Origin: Octopus sinensis
Taxonomy: Eukaryota
NCBI RefSeq assembly: GCF_006345805.1
Contig: NC_042999.1
Span: 22,940,001-23,004,000, forward strand
Direction of reading: 5' to 3'
Length of the DNA stretch: 64,000 bases
The translations under genes and the position numbers were made by a program. A model generated the notes under the pieces. It did no database searches. It was not told where the DNA came from and saw only the letters and a program-made list of their open reading frames with translations. This document shows positions 52,101 through 64,000 of this stretch, in pieces. How positions within the stretch are numbered: position 1 is the first letter of the stretch; the number at the start of each line of letters is the position of its first letter.

Positions 52101-53570
52101 TATACTGCTCCTGATCCTTGTTCATGTCGAAGTTTGGATATGTAATCCGCTGAAAATGGCTGCGAACTCGATCATGACAATGAAGCATGGTTATGACTGG
52201 ACAACCGGAAATGATGTCGTTAAACATCTCACTGGTACTGGCTGCATAATTTACACTTGATGTTACTATTATCATTCCTTATGTCATGTTTATAATCGTT
52301 TGTCTTTAGGCATCGGAGTCTGAACCTGTGTTTCTGTTTTTATCCTAGATCTTTTAAGCCATTATTGACTCTCTCAATGGCTTGTTTTCCATCTATGGAA
52401 TCTTGCAGACTGCTTTTCCCCTTCAATTTTTCATTATATATTTTTTTAAATTTCGATTTGATCTTGACTGATTTTACGCTATTTTGTTATTTTGTCATTA
52501 TCTAAATATTTTTCTAAAATACCGTTAGTTTCTAAGGTTTCCTTATATGAAGAAATTTTACTTTTTTAACCCCTTTTTACCGCAATCAATTTCCCTTTTC
52601 TTGCAGCAAAGTATTTTTCTAGTCCTACTGTTGTTATTTTGTAGAACCTCTCTATTTGCATCAGGTCGCCCCAAACTCACCATTTGTTGTTTAGGCTGGT
52701 GACTTCGGAAAACTAGTTTCCTTATCTATTTTTTTTTTTTTTGTTTCACATTAGCTCTTTGACTCATCTGATTTTCAATTTATTATACTGAAGCTATAGT
52801 TTATACTGAGAATGACTATCATATTTATACTGATCATCTTATTTCTAGCGTTGAGCTGGCAGAATTGTTAGTCCAGTGGGAAAAATGCTTGGCGCAATTT
52901 TGTCCGTCTTTACATTTTGAGTTCAAATTCTGCCGCGGTCGGCTTATCCTTTCATTCTTTCGGGGTCAGTAAAATAAGTACCACTAGAGATATTGTTTTT
53001 CAGTTAATCAACCCTGAGTTACTAAGGTTTGTTTTCCTTATTTTGTAGTTTTCTATAATTGTCAGGGTCACAACAGCTACTCTATACAGCTGTAGTATTT
53101 TACAACCATACACCCTTTTTGCTCCTCAGGTGGCACTGCTTTCATTGGAAAGCAACCATCTCGTTCTACAATATGGATCTAAGGGCTCTGGCAAATATGT
53201 TATACTCTTTTAGGAGTCCCTAGTATTTTTGTTTTGGAGACTTAACATTATTTCCTCTCCGACATCCGAACAAGTATTGATTTTCGTTTGTTTCCAGTTC
53301 ATTGAATGCTACCACGTGTGTATTTATGCGTGTGTATTGGGTATTGGCCAAGTGATTCAGTTGGAAATTGGGGATTCTTCTTGTTGGTTGCAGTTCTTAA
53401 TATTTTGGTACGTTTCTTATCGATTAGTTCTCTTATGATTCCTTGCTGTTGGGTAGAATCTTTTGTTAATATACCTGCATGGGTTTGTGGGCAGACTTAT
53501 GTTTCTTTCCGTTTTGAAAAAACATAAATCCACCCAGAAGTTTTTTTCGTTTTGACAAAGCAGAGGAGGT
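52090..53570 (-). pseudogene. Heavily degraded RLE-type (R4-like) LINE remnant
   Basis: FGCRRG, KY*GLL, WLKRSRIKTET and KCKLC...IISGCP...HDRV motifs occur in the expected order, with many stops. Confidence 0.55.
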
Positions 53571-53849
53571 AAAATTCTGGTGAAAATTACGACTAGAAGA
53601 AAAGATTTAAATAGAATTTTTATTGAAAATTTACTTATATTTATAATATAAGGAGAGAGGAGAGTTCTTGAGAAAAAAACTTCATTTCGCGTTGCATCAG
53701 TCCACTCGTCTGGTAAAAATAACTAACTCTGCGATGGACCTGCGTCACGTCCTGGAAGGAATATATACACCAGAGAAACCGGGAAACCGGCTCTATGCTC
53801 CTTGTGGAGTAGTGTAGAATAACCAAGGAGGGTGTGCATCGTAAATAAT

Positions 53850-54490
53850 TTTAAAATTCTCTAGTTACTGGGGACATAATCGTGGTATTCAATGGAAGAT
53901 TATACCATGTAACATTTCTGTTTTTATTTTTAATTCAATGTGTAGATGTAGGTGTGTATTCTGTGTGTGATGTCTTTGAACCCGTTTCTATAGACGGCTT
54001 CATTGCAATATTAAGAGAAGCTTGCGAAGAATTGCTTGTCGAAAGAAAACTGAGACAGTCTAAGAGATGCTTTTGATTATTTTTTTAGGAATTCCATCGT
54101 GTAGTTGAAGAGATCGCCTATGTAATTTAACGATTCAAATATAAATGTGGTGAGAGAAATATAAAGAACTGCTAAGTCTAAGGTGATGTTGAGGGGTTAG
54201 CTCAAGAAAAGTTAGTGTCTAACAGGTGTCTAACTAGGTTATTCTTAACTGAGCTGTAGTTGTGGTTTGTAAATATTAAAGGTTAATAATCCAATCCAAT
54301 CTCTCGATAAAAACTGCCCTCGGCTTCGGAAGAAGCTTGTTTTTCAGGTTGTGTGTTCTCTGACTTCTCGACATACTTTTCTTAATGAAAGCAAATCAGA
54401 ATTAATTTTCTCTATAAAACAATTAAATATGTGAATAATGGCCATAATGAAGCCGTCAAAACTTAGTAAACATCGAAACCAGCTATATTT
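53850..54490 (-). pseudogene. Penelope-like element remnant (late RT and linker)
   Basis: GIPK...LRLSQFSFDKQFF...NEAVYRNGFK and KNKNRNVTWYNLP resemble the PLE motifs IP..RLS..SS and RNIIWFNPP. Confidence 0.5.
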
Positions 54491-54534
54491 ATATAACAGT
54501 CTTTCTGTGTCTCTCATTCTCTCACTCTCTCCCG

Positions 54535-54584
<50 letters not shown>

Positions 54585-55350
54585 ATCCCTCCCTGCCTAT
54601 ATATAGATAAGTATGTGTGTCTGCTCATGTCAAGTTATATATAAAAGCAATCTAACATGAAAATGAAGAATTACTCGATACTTTTCAGTTGGATATGTGT
54701 GAGCGAGAGAGGAGGAGGAGAAGGAAGAGGAGAGAAAGTAGAAAGAGGGAGCAGAAAAAGAGAGGGAGAGAGACAGCTATCGGTAGAGAACGAACAGAGA
54801 TAGAAAATTTATAAATGGCAATAAGAAAAGCGAAAATAAAATCGCTATAAACAAAGCGACACCATATAATTCTAAACGTGAGTGAATGACGACAGAAACC
54901 ATTAGAAGAAACTTGGCAACTAGACGCGATGGCTCTAAAATAAGATTGTTACACTATTTTATTTCTTGTGTTCTTTATCGAAAATGACCAGAAGATAAGA
55001 TCAGCGAAGCTTAAGAATATTTCTTACAATACTAGAGTATTCTATTTTGAATTACTTAGTTTAGATAATCCGATAAAATTTAACAATGTTCTTAGTGTAA
55101 AAAAAAGAAATTGTAACATGATTGAATATCGATACCAAACTTTTAGTGTTTTAGAAGTTAGTATGGCTCAAATTGAAACACGTCAGAGTAATTCTTTGCA
55201 AGACAAGCGCCGAGCGGATTAATATGTCAGAGAAGAAACAAAAAAATATGAAAAGAATATAAAAACATACACACAGGTATATATGTGTGAATCTGAATGC
55301 GTATTCATGTATTATATGTCTATATATATATTTGTGCATCATATATATAC

Positions 55351-55400
<50 letters not shown>

Positions 55401-55406
55401 ATATAT

Positions 55407-55456
<50 letters not shown>

Positions 55457-56588
55457 CACGCGCGTGTGTGTATGCGTGTGTTTTGTTTTATAGCCGAGAC
55501 ACAATGCTCGAATTTAATCTTTCGTTTCGACTTTTTAACGGTTTTCATATTTCTTCTTCTATTTTCTTTCGAACAACAACACTTCCATTAATGTTTCAAG
55601 ATCTTCTCGGCCTCAACTTCTGGCACTGATGAAAGAGCAATAACTCTTGAAACGTGCATATACACCAATAACCTATTTATTCTTTCTTCCATCGCACTGG
55701 TTTACATTGACGTGTTCATATACGAAACGTCATAACTTTGAATGCTAGCCCTGAACTCTAAAGAAAATCTGTAGAATTAAACTAAAAAATGAACTTCTGA
55801 AAAGAGTATTGACAGAGACGTGTTGCTGCCACGCGTTTGTTTCTTTCTTTAACAAGCAAGAAAACTAAAATAAGAATTATGTAAGCTTTATTGATCAAAA
55901 TTCAGCGCACAGATATAGCAAACCTAAAATAAATGATGGAAGTGACAACATTATTTTTAATCCAGCCATGATGATTTTATTAGTTACAACATTATTCCCT
56001 TAATCACTCGCTACTTTCTTCAAAATGCGGTTACAATGCATCACTATCATTTAGAAATTTAAGTCTTTAAACATTAATGAACTTAACAATATAGTTTCAA
56101 AGAAAATAATTAACAAGTAAATTAATAAGTAAATTATTAATAATATGAAACTTGCTTTAATAAAGATGATCAAAATCGAAAACAAATACATTTTCAATAT
56201 AAAGTGTAGCAATATGCTTACGAAGTTCACTTCGCAACTACATGGTTTCGGGTTGAGTTCCACCGTACGACACCTTGGACAAATGTCTTTTAGCATAGCT
56301 CTAGGCTGACTCGAACAAATCAACTTAGTGACGAAGATGCTATTTTAGAGTTGGCTTTTGTTGTAGCCTCAAACAAGATGAGGACAAATATCCGTCAAAT
56401 GTAAATAATGTAAATAATGTACACAATTCCCCATCTCTTAAATATAAAACAGTTTTATTTTTGCTCGGCTTGATTCTATATTGGTGACACTTCTCGTAAT
56501 TTTTCTATCCATAGAATAAATTAAGACTATTTACAACTAAATTTCACCCCTTTTTCCCAATTTGATCAAATATTTATAAAGAAAAAGG

Positions 56589-56821
56589 CGTAGGAGTTGC
56601 TGTGTGGTAAGTAGCTTGCTTACGAACCACATGGTTCCGGGTTCAGTCCCACTGCGTGGCACCTTGGGCAAGTGCCTCGGGCCGACCAAAGTCTTGTGAG
56701 TGGATTTGGTAGACAGAAACTGAAAGAAGCTTGTCGTATATATATGTATATCTATATATGTATGTGCGTGTGTATACGTTTATGTGCCTGTGTTTGTCGC
56801 CCCAACATCGCTTGACAACCG
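56589..56821 (+). mobile_element. SINE family S1, 3'-short copy with 19-bp TSD
   Basis: TSD atatttataaagaaaaagg at 56570-56588 and 56822-56840. Confidence 0.85.
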
Positions 56822-57607
56822 ATATTTATAAAGAAAAAGGTTAAACGATTTTTATGATGCTATTATGTAGCGCTCAGTCTCCTCTTACTGAGCACAACTG
56901 GTATTGGTAAGATACAGTGGCGAACAACGTCATGCTATTGTCTATATGCAAACGATAAATCCCTGATGTTTTCTTCGCGACATTCTACAACGTAATATTG
57001 AAGGTCACATATGCTTTATATTCCTCAAAATAATTTTACTTCAAACTGGGCCTGACAGCATCATATCATCATATCATCATATTCCTTTCAACAATGACAA
57101 GAGATACAACACATTTCAAGCTGATAAATGTCGAATCCAGTTAGCAAGGTTAGCCTTTGATGTGACTAATGCCGTAAGCACTTTTCTGTGAGTGATCGAT
57201 GGTATAATTACCAACAATGATATCAAAGGAATTTACGCCTATCTTGGCAATGTTATTGTCTTTGAGGAAACTACTGAGGAACACGATGGGAACTTGGCTC
57301 AATTTATTTCAGTTAATAACTGTCTTCACATTACATTGAACAATGAAAAATGCTTTCTTCTTCAAACATACATTTGTTACCTGGGATACGAAATAGATTA
57401 TTCTCCGCAACTTGATCCAGAGAGATTGAAATTCATCGTTGATTATCAAATGCCTAGCAATCCTAAACATCTACTAGGGTTGCTAATGTTACTGCTCTAA
57501 ATGAGTGTCTACTTTCTCGAAATTAATTTAGACCCTAATAAATCTTATTTTACCAGTACAAACAAAATCGTATAGATACAGCCCATGTGCTTCAAGCTTC
57601 AATAGTT

Positions 57608-57905
57608 GGTGGAGGCACATGGCCTAGTGGTTAGAGCAGCAGATTCGCGGTCGAGGGATCGCGGGTTCGAATCTCAGACCGGGCGATGTGTGTGTTTATG
57701 CGCGAAACACCTAAGCTCCACGCGGCTCCGGCAGAAGGTAATAGCGAACTTCTGCTGACTCTTTCGCCACAACTTTCTCTCACTCTTTCCTCCTGCATCT
57801 TTCAGCTCACCTGCGACGGACTGGCGTCCCGTCCATGTAGGGAACCTATACGCCAAGGAAAGCGGGAAACCGGCCCTTATGAGCCAGGCATGGCTCGAGA
57901 AGGAA
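57608..57905 (+). mobile_element. tRNA-derived SINE family S3 with V-domain-like body
   Basis: A and B boxes (tggcctagtgg; ggttcgaatc) and the body ctgcgacggactggcgtcccgtcca. 15-bp TSD caagcttcaatagtt at 57593-57607 and 57906-57920. Confidence 0.88.
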
Positions 57906-58533
57906 CAAGCTTCAATAGTTAATACCTCTCTACCTCTGCTTAAGTTTCACAGCTGATGACATTGATGTTCTGGAACTCCAATTTCGGGCGCCCCTTCCAC
58001 AATCTCATCAACCTGTTGCGTTCTTCTCCAGAACTCTTTCATGTTCCAAACGTAATCTCCCACCAAATGAAAAAGGGGCTATGGTTATCATAGAATGTGT
58101 TGCTAAATGACAAAGTGTTTTTACTTCGAAGCTATTTTACTCTATACACCGATTAACAAGTAATCTCGTTCATATTTAGTTACAAAAACAGAAAAAAACG
58201 AACAAGATTATTGTTAACACATAGAATTATCGGTCTACAATTATGATATTCGACACGTTCCTTCCAAAGATAGCATATATTTTGTTTGTACTGGTAAAAT
58301 AAGATAGTCTATTGCTTTAATTAGATTTTCCTCTGTAACATCAACTCCTAGAATTTCAAATTTACATCAATCTTTTGTATTATCCTGTGGTGATTCAATT
58401 ATCACATTATGTTAGATCCAAAAACTTGACATTTTCATTGAAAATATGTTTAATATATAAAAAAACTTGTATCGAATGCATCGCATACTTGGAATTGAAA
58501 TCAGGATTCTACCGTTTTCCTCGAGTCTATATA

Positions 58534-58768
58534 TATATATTTCTTTACTTCCCACAAGGGGCTAATCACAGAGGGGACAAACAAGGACAGACAAACGGAT
58601 TAAATCGATTACATCGACCCCAGTGCGTAACTGGTACTTAATTTATCGACCCCAAAAGGATGAAAGGCAAAGTCGACCTCGGCGGAATTTGAACTCAGAA
58701 CGTAACGGCAGACGAAATACGGCTTCGCATTTCGCCTGGCGTGCTAACGTTTCTGCCAGTTCGCCGCC
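58534..58768 (-). mobile_element. SINE family S2, full length, inserted in the gypsy relic
   Basis: TSD ttcctcgagt(c/t)tatata at 58517-58533 and 58769-58785. Confidence 0.9.
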
Positions 58769-59619
58769 TTCCTCGAGTTTATATAGCAGTTTAAATGTCT
58801 CGGAGTCGACATCAAAGGTTCCATACGGTCATCTAATTCTTACGATGACTTTTTTGTAATTATAGAGAAGTAATAAATACCCCACTTTGCGTCTGTGTTC
58901 AGATAAATCAGCTCCCATAACAATTCGCTATCTTCAAAATGTATTCTTCATGTCGGATGCTACAGTTTCAATCCACTTAGAGTGAGGGCCCCAATTTATA
59001 TCACGAGATTTTTATACTGTTTCTCCACATAACAATGGTTTCAGATTTCGGCACCAGGATGGAATAAGTTGATTATATCAATCCCAGTTCTTCACAGATA
59101 GTTATTTAATCAACCCCGAAAGGATAAAAGGCAAAGTCGACCTTGGCGAAATTTGAACTCAGAATGTAATGAGTCAGACGAAATACTACTAACGATTGTC
59201 AGCTCGCCTTTTTGGATAACAATAATATTCTTTTCTACTCTAGGCACAAGGCCCGAGATTTTTGGAGAGGGGGGGGCAGTCAATTAGATCGACCCCAGTA
59301 CACAACTGGTACTTAATTTATCGACCCCGAAAGGATGAAAGGCAAAGTCGACCCAGGTTGAATGGATAACATTAATATTATTCAAACTATAACACTAGAA
59401 TGGTAAATTCTAGTGGTGGACAGTCAAACAGAACGTCTTGATAGAACTCTGTGGAGAAGAATAACATTTTTACTTCGTTCGAGGAAGCAGTCAAATAAAC
59501 ATTCCAGTAATGTTTTAGAATGGCTTTCTGCGATTTCTCTCCTCGTTTTCACTGATTGATCAGGCACCGCATGAAAGACTAGCTTTCAGCGTCGTTCGAC
59601 ATCACAGTTATTACTTGCA

Positions 59620-59820
59620 GACGTAGGAGTGTCTGCGTGGTAAGTAGCTTGCTTACCAACCACATGGTTCCGGGTTCAGTCCCTCTGCGTGGCACCTTGG
59701 GCAAGTGTCTTCTAATATTGCCTCAGGCCGACCAAAGCCTTGTGAGTGTATTTGGTAGACGGAAACTGAAAGAAGCCCGTCGTATATATGTATATATGTA
59801 TATATATATATGGTGTGTGT

Positions 59821-59856
<36 letters not shown>

Positions 59857-60070
59857 TGCGCGCGTATGTTTGTATGTCTGTGTTTGTCCCACCAACATCG
59901 CTTGACAACTGATGCTGGTGTGTTTACATCCCCGTAACTTAGCGGCCCGGCAAAAGAATCCGATAGAAAAAGTACTAGGCTTACAAAGAATAATTCCTGG
60001 GGTCGATTTTCTCGACTATAAAAGCGGTGCTCCAGCATGGCCACAGTCAAATGACTCAAACAAGTAAAAA
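59620..60070 (+). mobile_element. SINE family S1, full length
   Basis: Same consensus. Confidence 0.87.
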
Positions 60071-60695
60071 GTGTATGTCTCTTGAAACTGGAGAAGTTCA
60101 ACTTGGATAGTTTAATCCTAATAATCCTTTCTAATTTTAGCCAGGGCCACCAATTTTGAGGGGAGGGGATGAGAATTCCGTATGAGATTACTGCGATATT
60201 GATTTGTTAAAATCAAAATCCAGAATCCAGCGTAACCAAACTTTATCTCTACTGATTGATATTCGACCACTGATTGATTGCTACAGAAACATGCTGACAA
60301 AAGTTTAACAAGCATGTGAGCAGATGTCCAGCATTGATGTGATGATTATTAAAGAGGAAATCGCGGTTCCATCACTTGAAGTTTCCCTTTGATTAACAAG
60401 GATCTGAAAAGTACCAAAAACGACTAAAATTTTAAAGTGATTATAAATGCTTCGAAATCACTATTGCTCTTCGTGGTCCATGTGCTTTATTGTATACTTT
60501 AGTTGAATGCTAGTAGCCAGCCATTTGTGGTAAATATAGACAAGTTATCCTTCTGCTTCGACTACTGAAGTTGATTTTTTTTTTAGCGGAATAAAACGAC
60601 CTATTCTCACAACTATTTTTCGTCACATATATCTATATATGTTTGTCAGTCCATCACACTGTTTGCCTGTCTTTCTGTATATTTTGAATATAATG

Positions 60696-60736
<41 letters not shown>

Positions 60737-60738
60737 TA

Positions 60739-60789
<51 letters not shown>

Positions 60790-60802
60790 TATATATATAT
60801 AA

Positions 60803-60836
<34 letters not shown>

Positions 60837-60837
<1 letters not shown>

Positions 60838-61237
60838 GGCGCAGGAGTGGCTGTTTGGTAAGTAGCTTGCTAACCAACCACATGGTTTCCGGGTTCAGGT
60901 CCCACTGCGTGGCATCTTGGGCAAGTGTCTTCTGCTATAGCCCCCAGGCCGACCGATGCCTTGTGAGTGGATTTGGTAGACGGAACTGAAAGAAGCCTGT
61001 CGTATATATGTATATATATATAAGTGTGTGTGAATATGTTTGTGTGTCTGTGTTTGTTCCCCTAGCATTGCTTGACAACCGATGCTGGTGTGTTTACGTC
61101 CCTGTCACTTAGCGGCTCGGCAAAAGAGACCGATAGAATAAGTACTGGGCTTACAAAGAATAAGTCCCGGGGTCTATTTGCTCGACTAAAGGCGGTGCTC
61201 CAGCATGGCCGCAGTCAAATGACTGAAACAAGTAAAA
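60837..61237 (+). mobile_element. SINE family S1, full length
   Basis: Same consensus. Confidence 0.87.
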
Positions 61238-61431
61238 AGAGAAAAAAAGAGAAAAGAGAAAGATATATATATATATATATCATAATCTCTGAGCGAGCTA
61301 CAGTAGCATCCACCCTTAATGGTTAGCCACATTTAAGTGGCAAATATACTTCACGATATATAAATACATGCGTGTTTTGGGCTAAGATCAAAGTGTAGTA
61401 TAAACATATACACGAAGGTACATATATATAA

Positions 61432-61465
<34 letters not shown>

Positions 61466-61467
61466 AT

Positions 61468-61835
61468 AGGCGCAGGAGTGGCTGTGTGGTAAGTAACTTG
61501 CTTACCAACCATATGGTTCCAGGTTCAGTCCCACTGCGTGGCACCTCGGGCCTACCAAAGCCTTGTGAGCGGATTTGGTAGACGGTAACTGAAAGAAACC
61601 TGTCGTATATATGTATATATGTTTGTGTTTGTGTGTCTGTGTTTGTCCCCCAACATCGCTTGACAACCGATGCTAGTGTGTTTACGTCCCCGTAACTTAG
61701 CGGTTCGGCAAAAGAAATCGATAGAATAAGTACTAGGCTTACAAAGAATAAGTTCAGGGGTCGATTTGCTCGACTAAAAGGCGGTGCTCCAGCATGGTCA
61801 TAGTCAAATGACTGAAACAAGTAAAAGAGTAAAAG
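61468..61835 (+). mobile_element. SINE family S1, full length
   Basis: Same consensus. Confidence 0.87.
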
Positions 61836-61837
61836 AG

Positions 61838-61869
<32 letters not shown>

Positions 61870-62404
61870 CACACAAATATATAATATATACATACTGACA
61901 TACATATGTACATACATACTTACATACATACACACACACACACACTCACACACACACACACACACACACATACATATATACATACATGTATGAGTGTATG
62001 TATTTATTGTTTTATATCGAAAAAATCTTTCAATTTTTATGTAGACATCTAGATTTATAGAGTGTGAAGCCAATTATTTGTGTTCAGACACATTCAAAAT
62101 ATGGTTTCCAATAGATCTTTAAGTGGTTATCAGCAGTGAACACGAAACGGCGATAAAAGTAACGGTTTGGTTGCTTTTGTTGTTGTTGTTGTAATTATTG
62201 TTAATGATTCTATTATTGCCTTTGTTGTTTATCTTCAGATAATATCAAACCGAGGTGACCTATGACCAAAGGTATTGATTTCATGACCATTCAAGCTTTC
62301 CTTGAACTAAACCACTACTATATTATCCAACAAAATCTCGTTATAATTTAATACAGTAGGATGAGACTGAACAGCGATTTAGCTGCTTTTTCTAGCAGGT
62401 CATA

Positions 62405-62722
62405 TAGTAGGAGCACTCCGTCGGTTGCGACGATGAGGGTCCCACGTGTACCCTTAACGTAGTTCTCGAGGAGATTCAGCGTGACACAGAGTGTGACAAG
62501 GCTGGCCCTTTGAAATACAGGTACAAGAGAAACAGGAAGAAAGCGTGAGAGAAAGTTGTGGTGAAAGAGTACAGCAGGGTTCACCACCACCCCCTGCCGG
62601 AGCCTCTTGGAGCTTTAGGTGTTTTCGCTCAATAAACACTCACAACGCCCGGTCTGGGAATCGAAACCGCGATCCTCCGACCGCGAGTCCGCTGCCCTAA
62701 CCACTGGACCATTGCGCCTCCA
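62405..62722 (-). mobile_element. Composite SINE (S3 head + tail of the 50700-type family)
   Basis: The head matches 57608-57790 and the tail matches 50850-51020. Confidence 0.7.
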
Positions 62723-62919
62723 CTTGCGGGGTCATATATAAAGTGACTATATAAACGCTCCCTCGTTGGCTCGTGGTTTAGGAATTAGGTAGGTCATGTG
62801 ATTTGTCACGTCATTTGGGTAATTGATAGGATACTTAATGAGCAGAATATGTTCCATATTGTGTCTTTACGCCTCCAAATTTACATTCGAAATTCATTCG
62901 ATATTTGCCTCGCCAGATT

Positions 62920-64000
62920 CATCGACTGTTCTACATACACCCGGAATTAAGAAGACCAAAGTGTGCAACACATCTTGTGTTTTGTGAGGAAACCTAACGT
63001 ACCGGGAATATCGGAGATTCGTGATATCCCCTCCAACGCAAAATTTCTAGAACGCATGTATTTAGCCCCAGTTTCGACGACTACAAGACGTACTCATCGT
63101 ATTTCTTTACTACCCACAAGGGGCTAAACATAGCGGGGACAAACAAGGACAGACAAAGGGATTAAGTCAATTACATCGACTCCAGTGCGTAACTGGTGCT
63201 TAATTTATTGACCCCGAAAGGATGAAAGACAAAGTCGACCTCGGCGGAATTTGAACTCAGACCGTGACGGCAGACGAAACACCGCTATTTCGCCCGGCAT
63301 GCTACCGTTTCTGCCAGCTCGCCGCCTTATACAAGACGTACTCATCTTCAGGTCTGATGGGATCGGTGCTTTTCCAGAAAGAATTAGGTCTAACGGTACA
63401 GATGATCATCCTGAATCCGGCAGATAAATTGACGGTTCTAAAGATGAATGACAGTAAAGGCAGCACCTTCAGACTTACGACTGTTTATGCACCCACCGGG
63501 GTAGGCCGGCCAGACTTATTTAGAGGTCTAGAAACCTTCCTAGAGACATCCTGTTCTTTAATACAAGCAGGGGATTGAAATGATATTTTGGACGCTCATG
63601 GGACTGTACAGGGTTAATCCATAGAAGGGGATACAATAGCCTCGAAAACATGCTCAGAGTTTTCAAATGCCTGACAGGCATCGACTGGATTTCCCGAATG
63701 TGCCAACGTGGATTTGGAGCAACTACAATAGATCTTACAGTTGATACTTAGCGAATTCGTTAGATTAACCGACAGAAATACTTTAGGGTGTCCACAATTT
63801 AAACTGGTCGGCTATACAGATCATAAATTTGTGATCTGCACAGTCCTTTAGAGATGATTCATAGACTAAGTCCCAGCTGCTGGAAGTTGAACGTCTACAG
63901 AGATTGGATTAGTGAGCTGGTCAAGAGGCATCTGACAGGAGCAACAGTCAACAAAAAGTGGTGGGGAGCCAAGAAGAGAGCCGTTAAATATGAGCCAATA
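62920..64000 (+). pseudogene. Degraded Tx1 ORF2 (APE region), interrupted by a SINE, runs off the window end
   Basis: ISEIR, SVLFQK, FRLTTVYAPTGVGRPDLFRGLETFL, AGD*N, YTDHKFVIC and WKLN are colinear with the APE of the 5.4-11.2 kb element. Confidence 0.8.
63099..63329 (-). mobile_element. SINE family S2, full length, inserted in the Tx1 relic
   Basis: 17-bp TSD tacaagacgtactcatc at 63082-63098 and 63330-63346. Confidence 0.92.

Larger units (their letters stand above)
56990..59030 (+). pseudogene. Ty3/gypsy pol relic (RT, RNase H, integrase) interrupted by two SINEs
   Basis: YAYLGNV (YLDD-like), NEKC, YLGYEI, DPERL; PVAFFSRTL, EKGA, ELSVYNYDI; HYVRSKNL..C.EC; VDIKG and IH..*GPQFIS. Confidence 0.82.

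Noticed and set aside
57608-57680. Functional tRNA genes at SINE heads
   Set aside because: A and B boxes are present, but there is no complete cloverleaf or acceptor stem, and the heads continue into SINE bodies with TSDs.

Overview
This is eukaryotic, AT-rich, very microsatellite-rich DNA. The repeat families suggest a coleoid cephalopod, probably Octopus (inference). The only host coding sequence I can support is two + strand exons (37970-38178, 42818-43027) that splice in frame into a complete globular C1q domain; the N-terminal exon(s) were not located. A CCAAT/TATA/Inr/splice-donor set at 27833-28009 is a candidate promoter. Everything else is mobile DNA: a near full-length, frameshifted Tx1/L1-clade LINE plus two relatives, R4/Dong-like RLE LINE pieces, RTE, CR1/L2 and Penelope remnants, two mariners, a Merlin fragment, a gypsy pol relic and several tRNA-derived SINE families. 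The most interesting signal is an apparent set of microsatellite-addressed retroelements. Two Tx1 copies sit in (TATC)n with repeat on both sides. A SINE family shares the Tx1 3' tail. RLE LINE ends and a 556-bp non-coding element chain together through (AAT)n inside the C1q intron. Also notable are a 146-bp SINE-head tandem array, a 28S rRNA peptidyl-transferase fragment inside a mariner, and nested fold-back palindromes. Most entries in the ORF track are microsatellite artefacts. Repeat family assignments come from motifs recognised by eye, not from database searches, and the boundaries of decayed elements are approximate.
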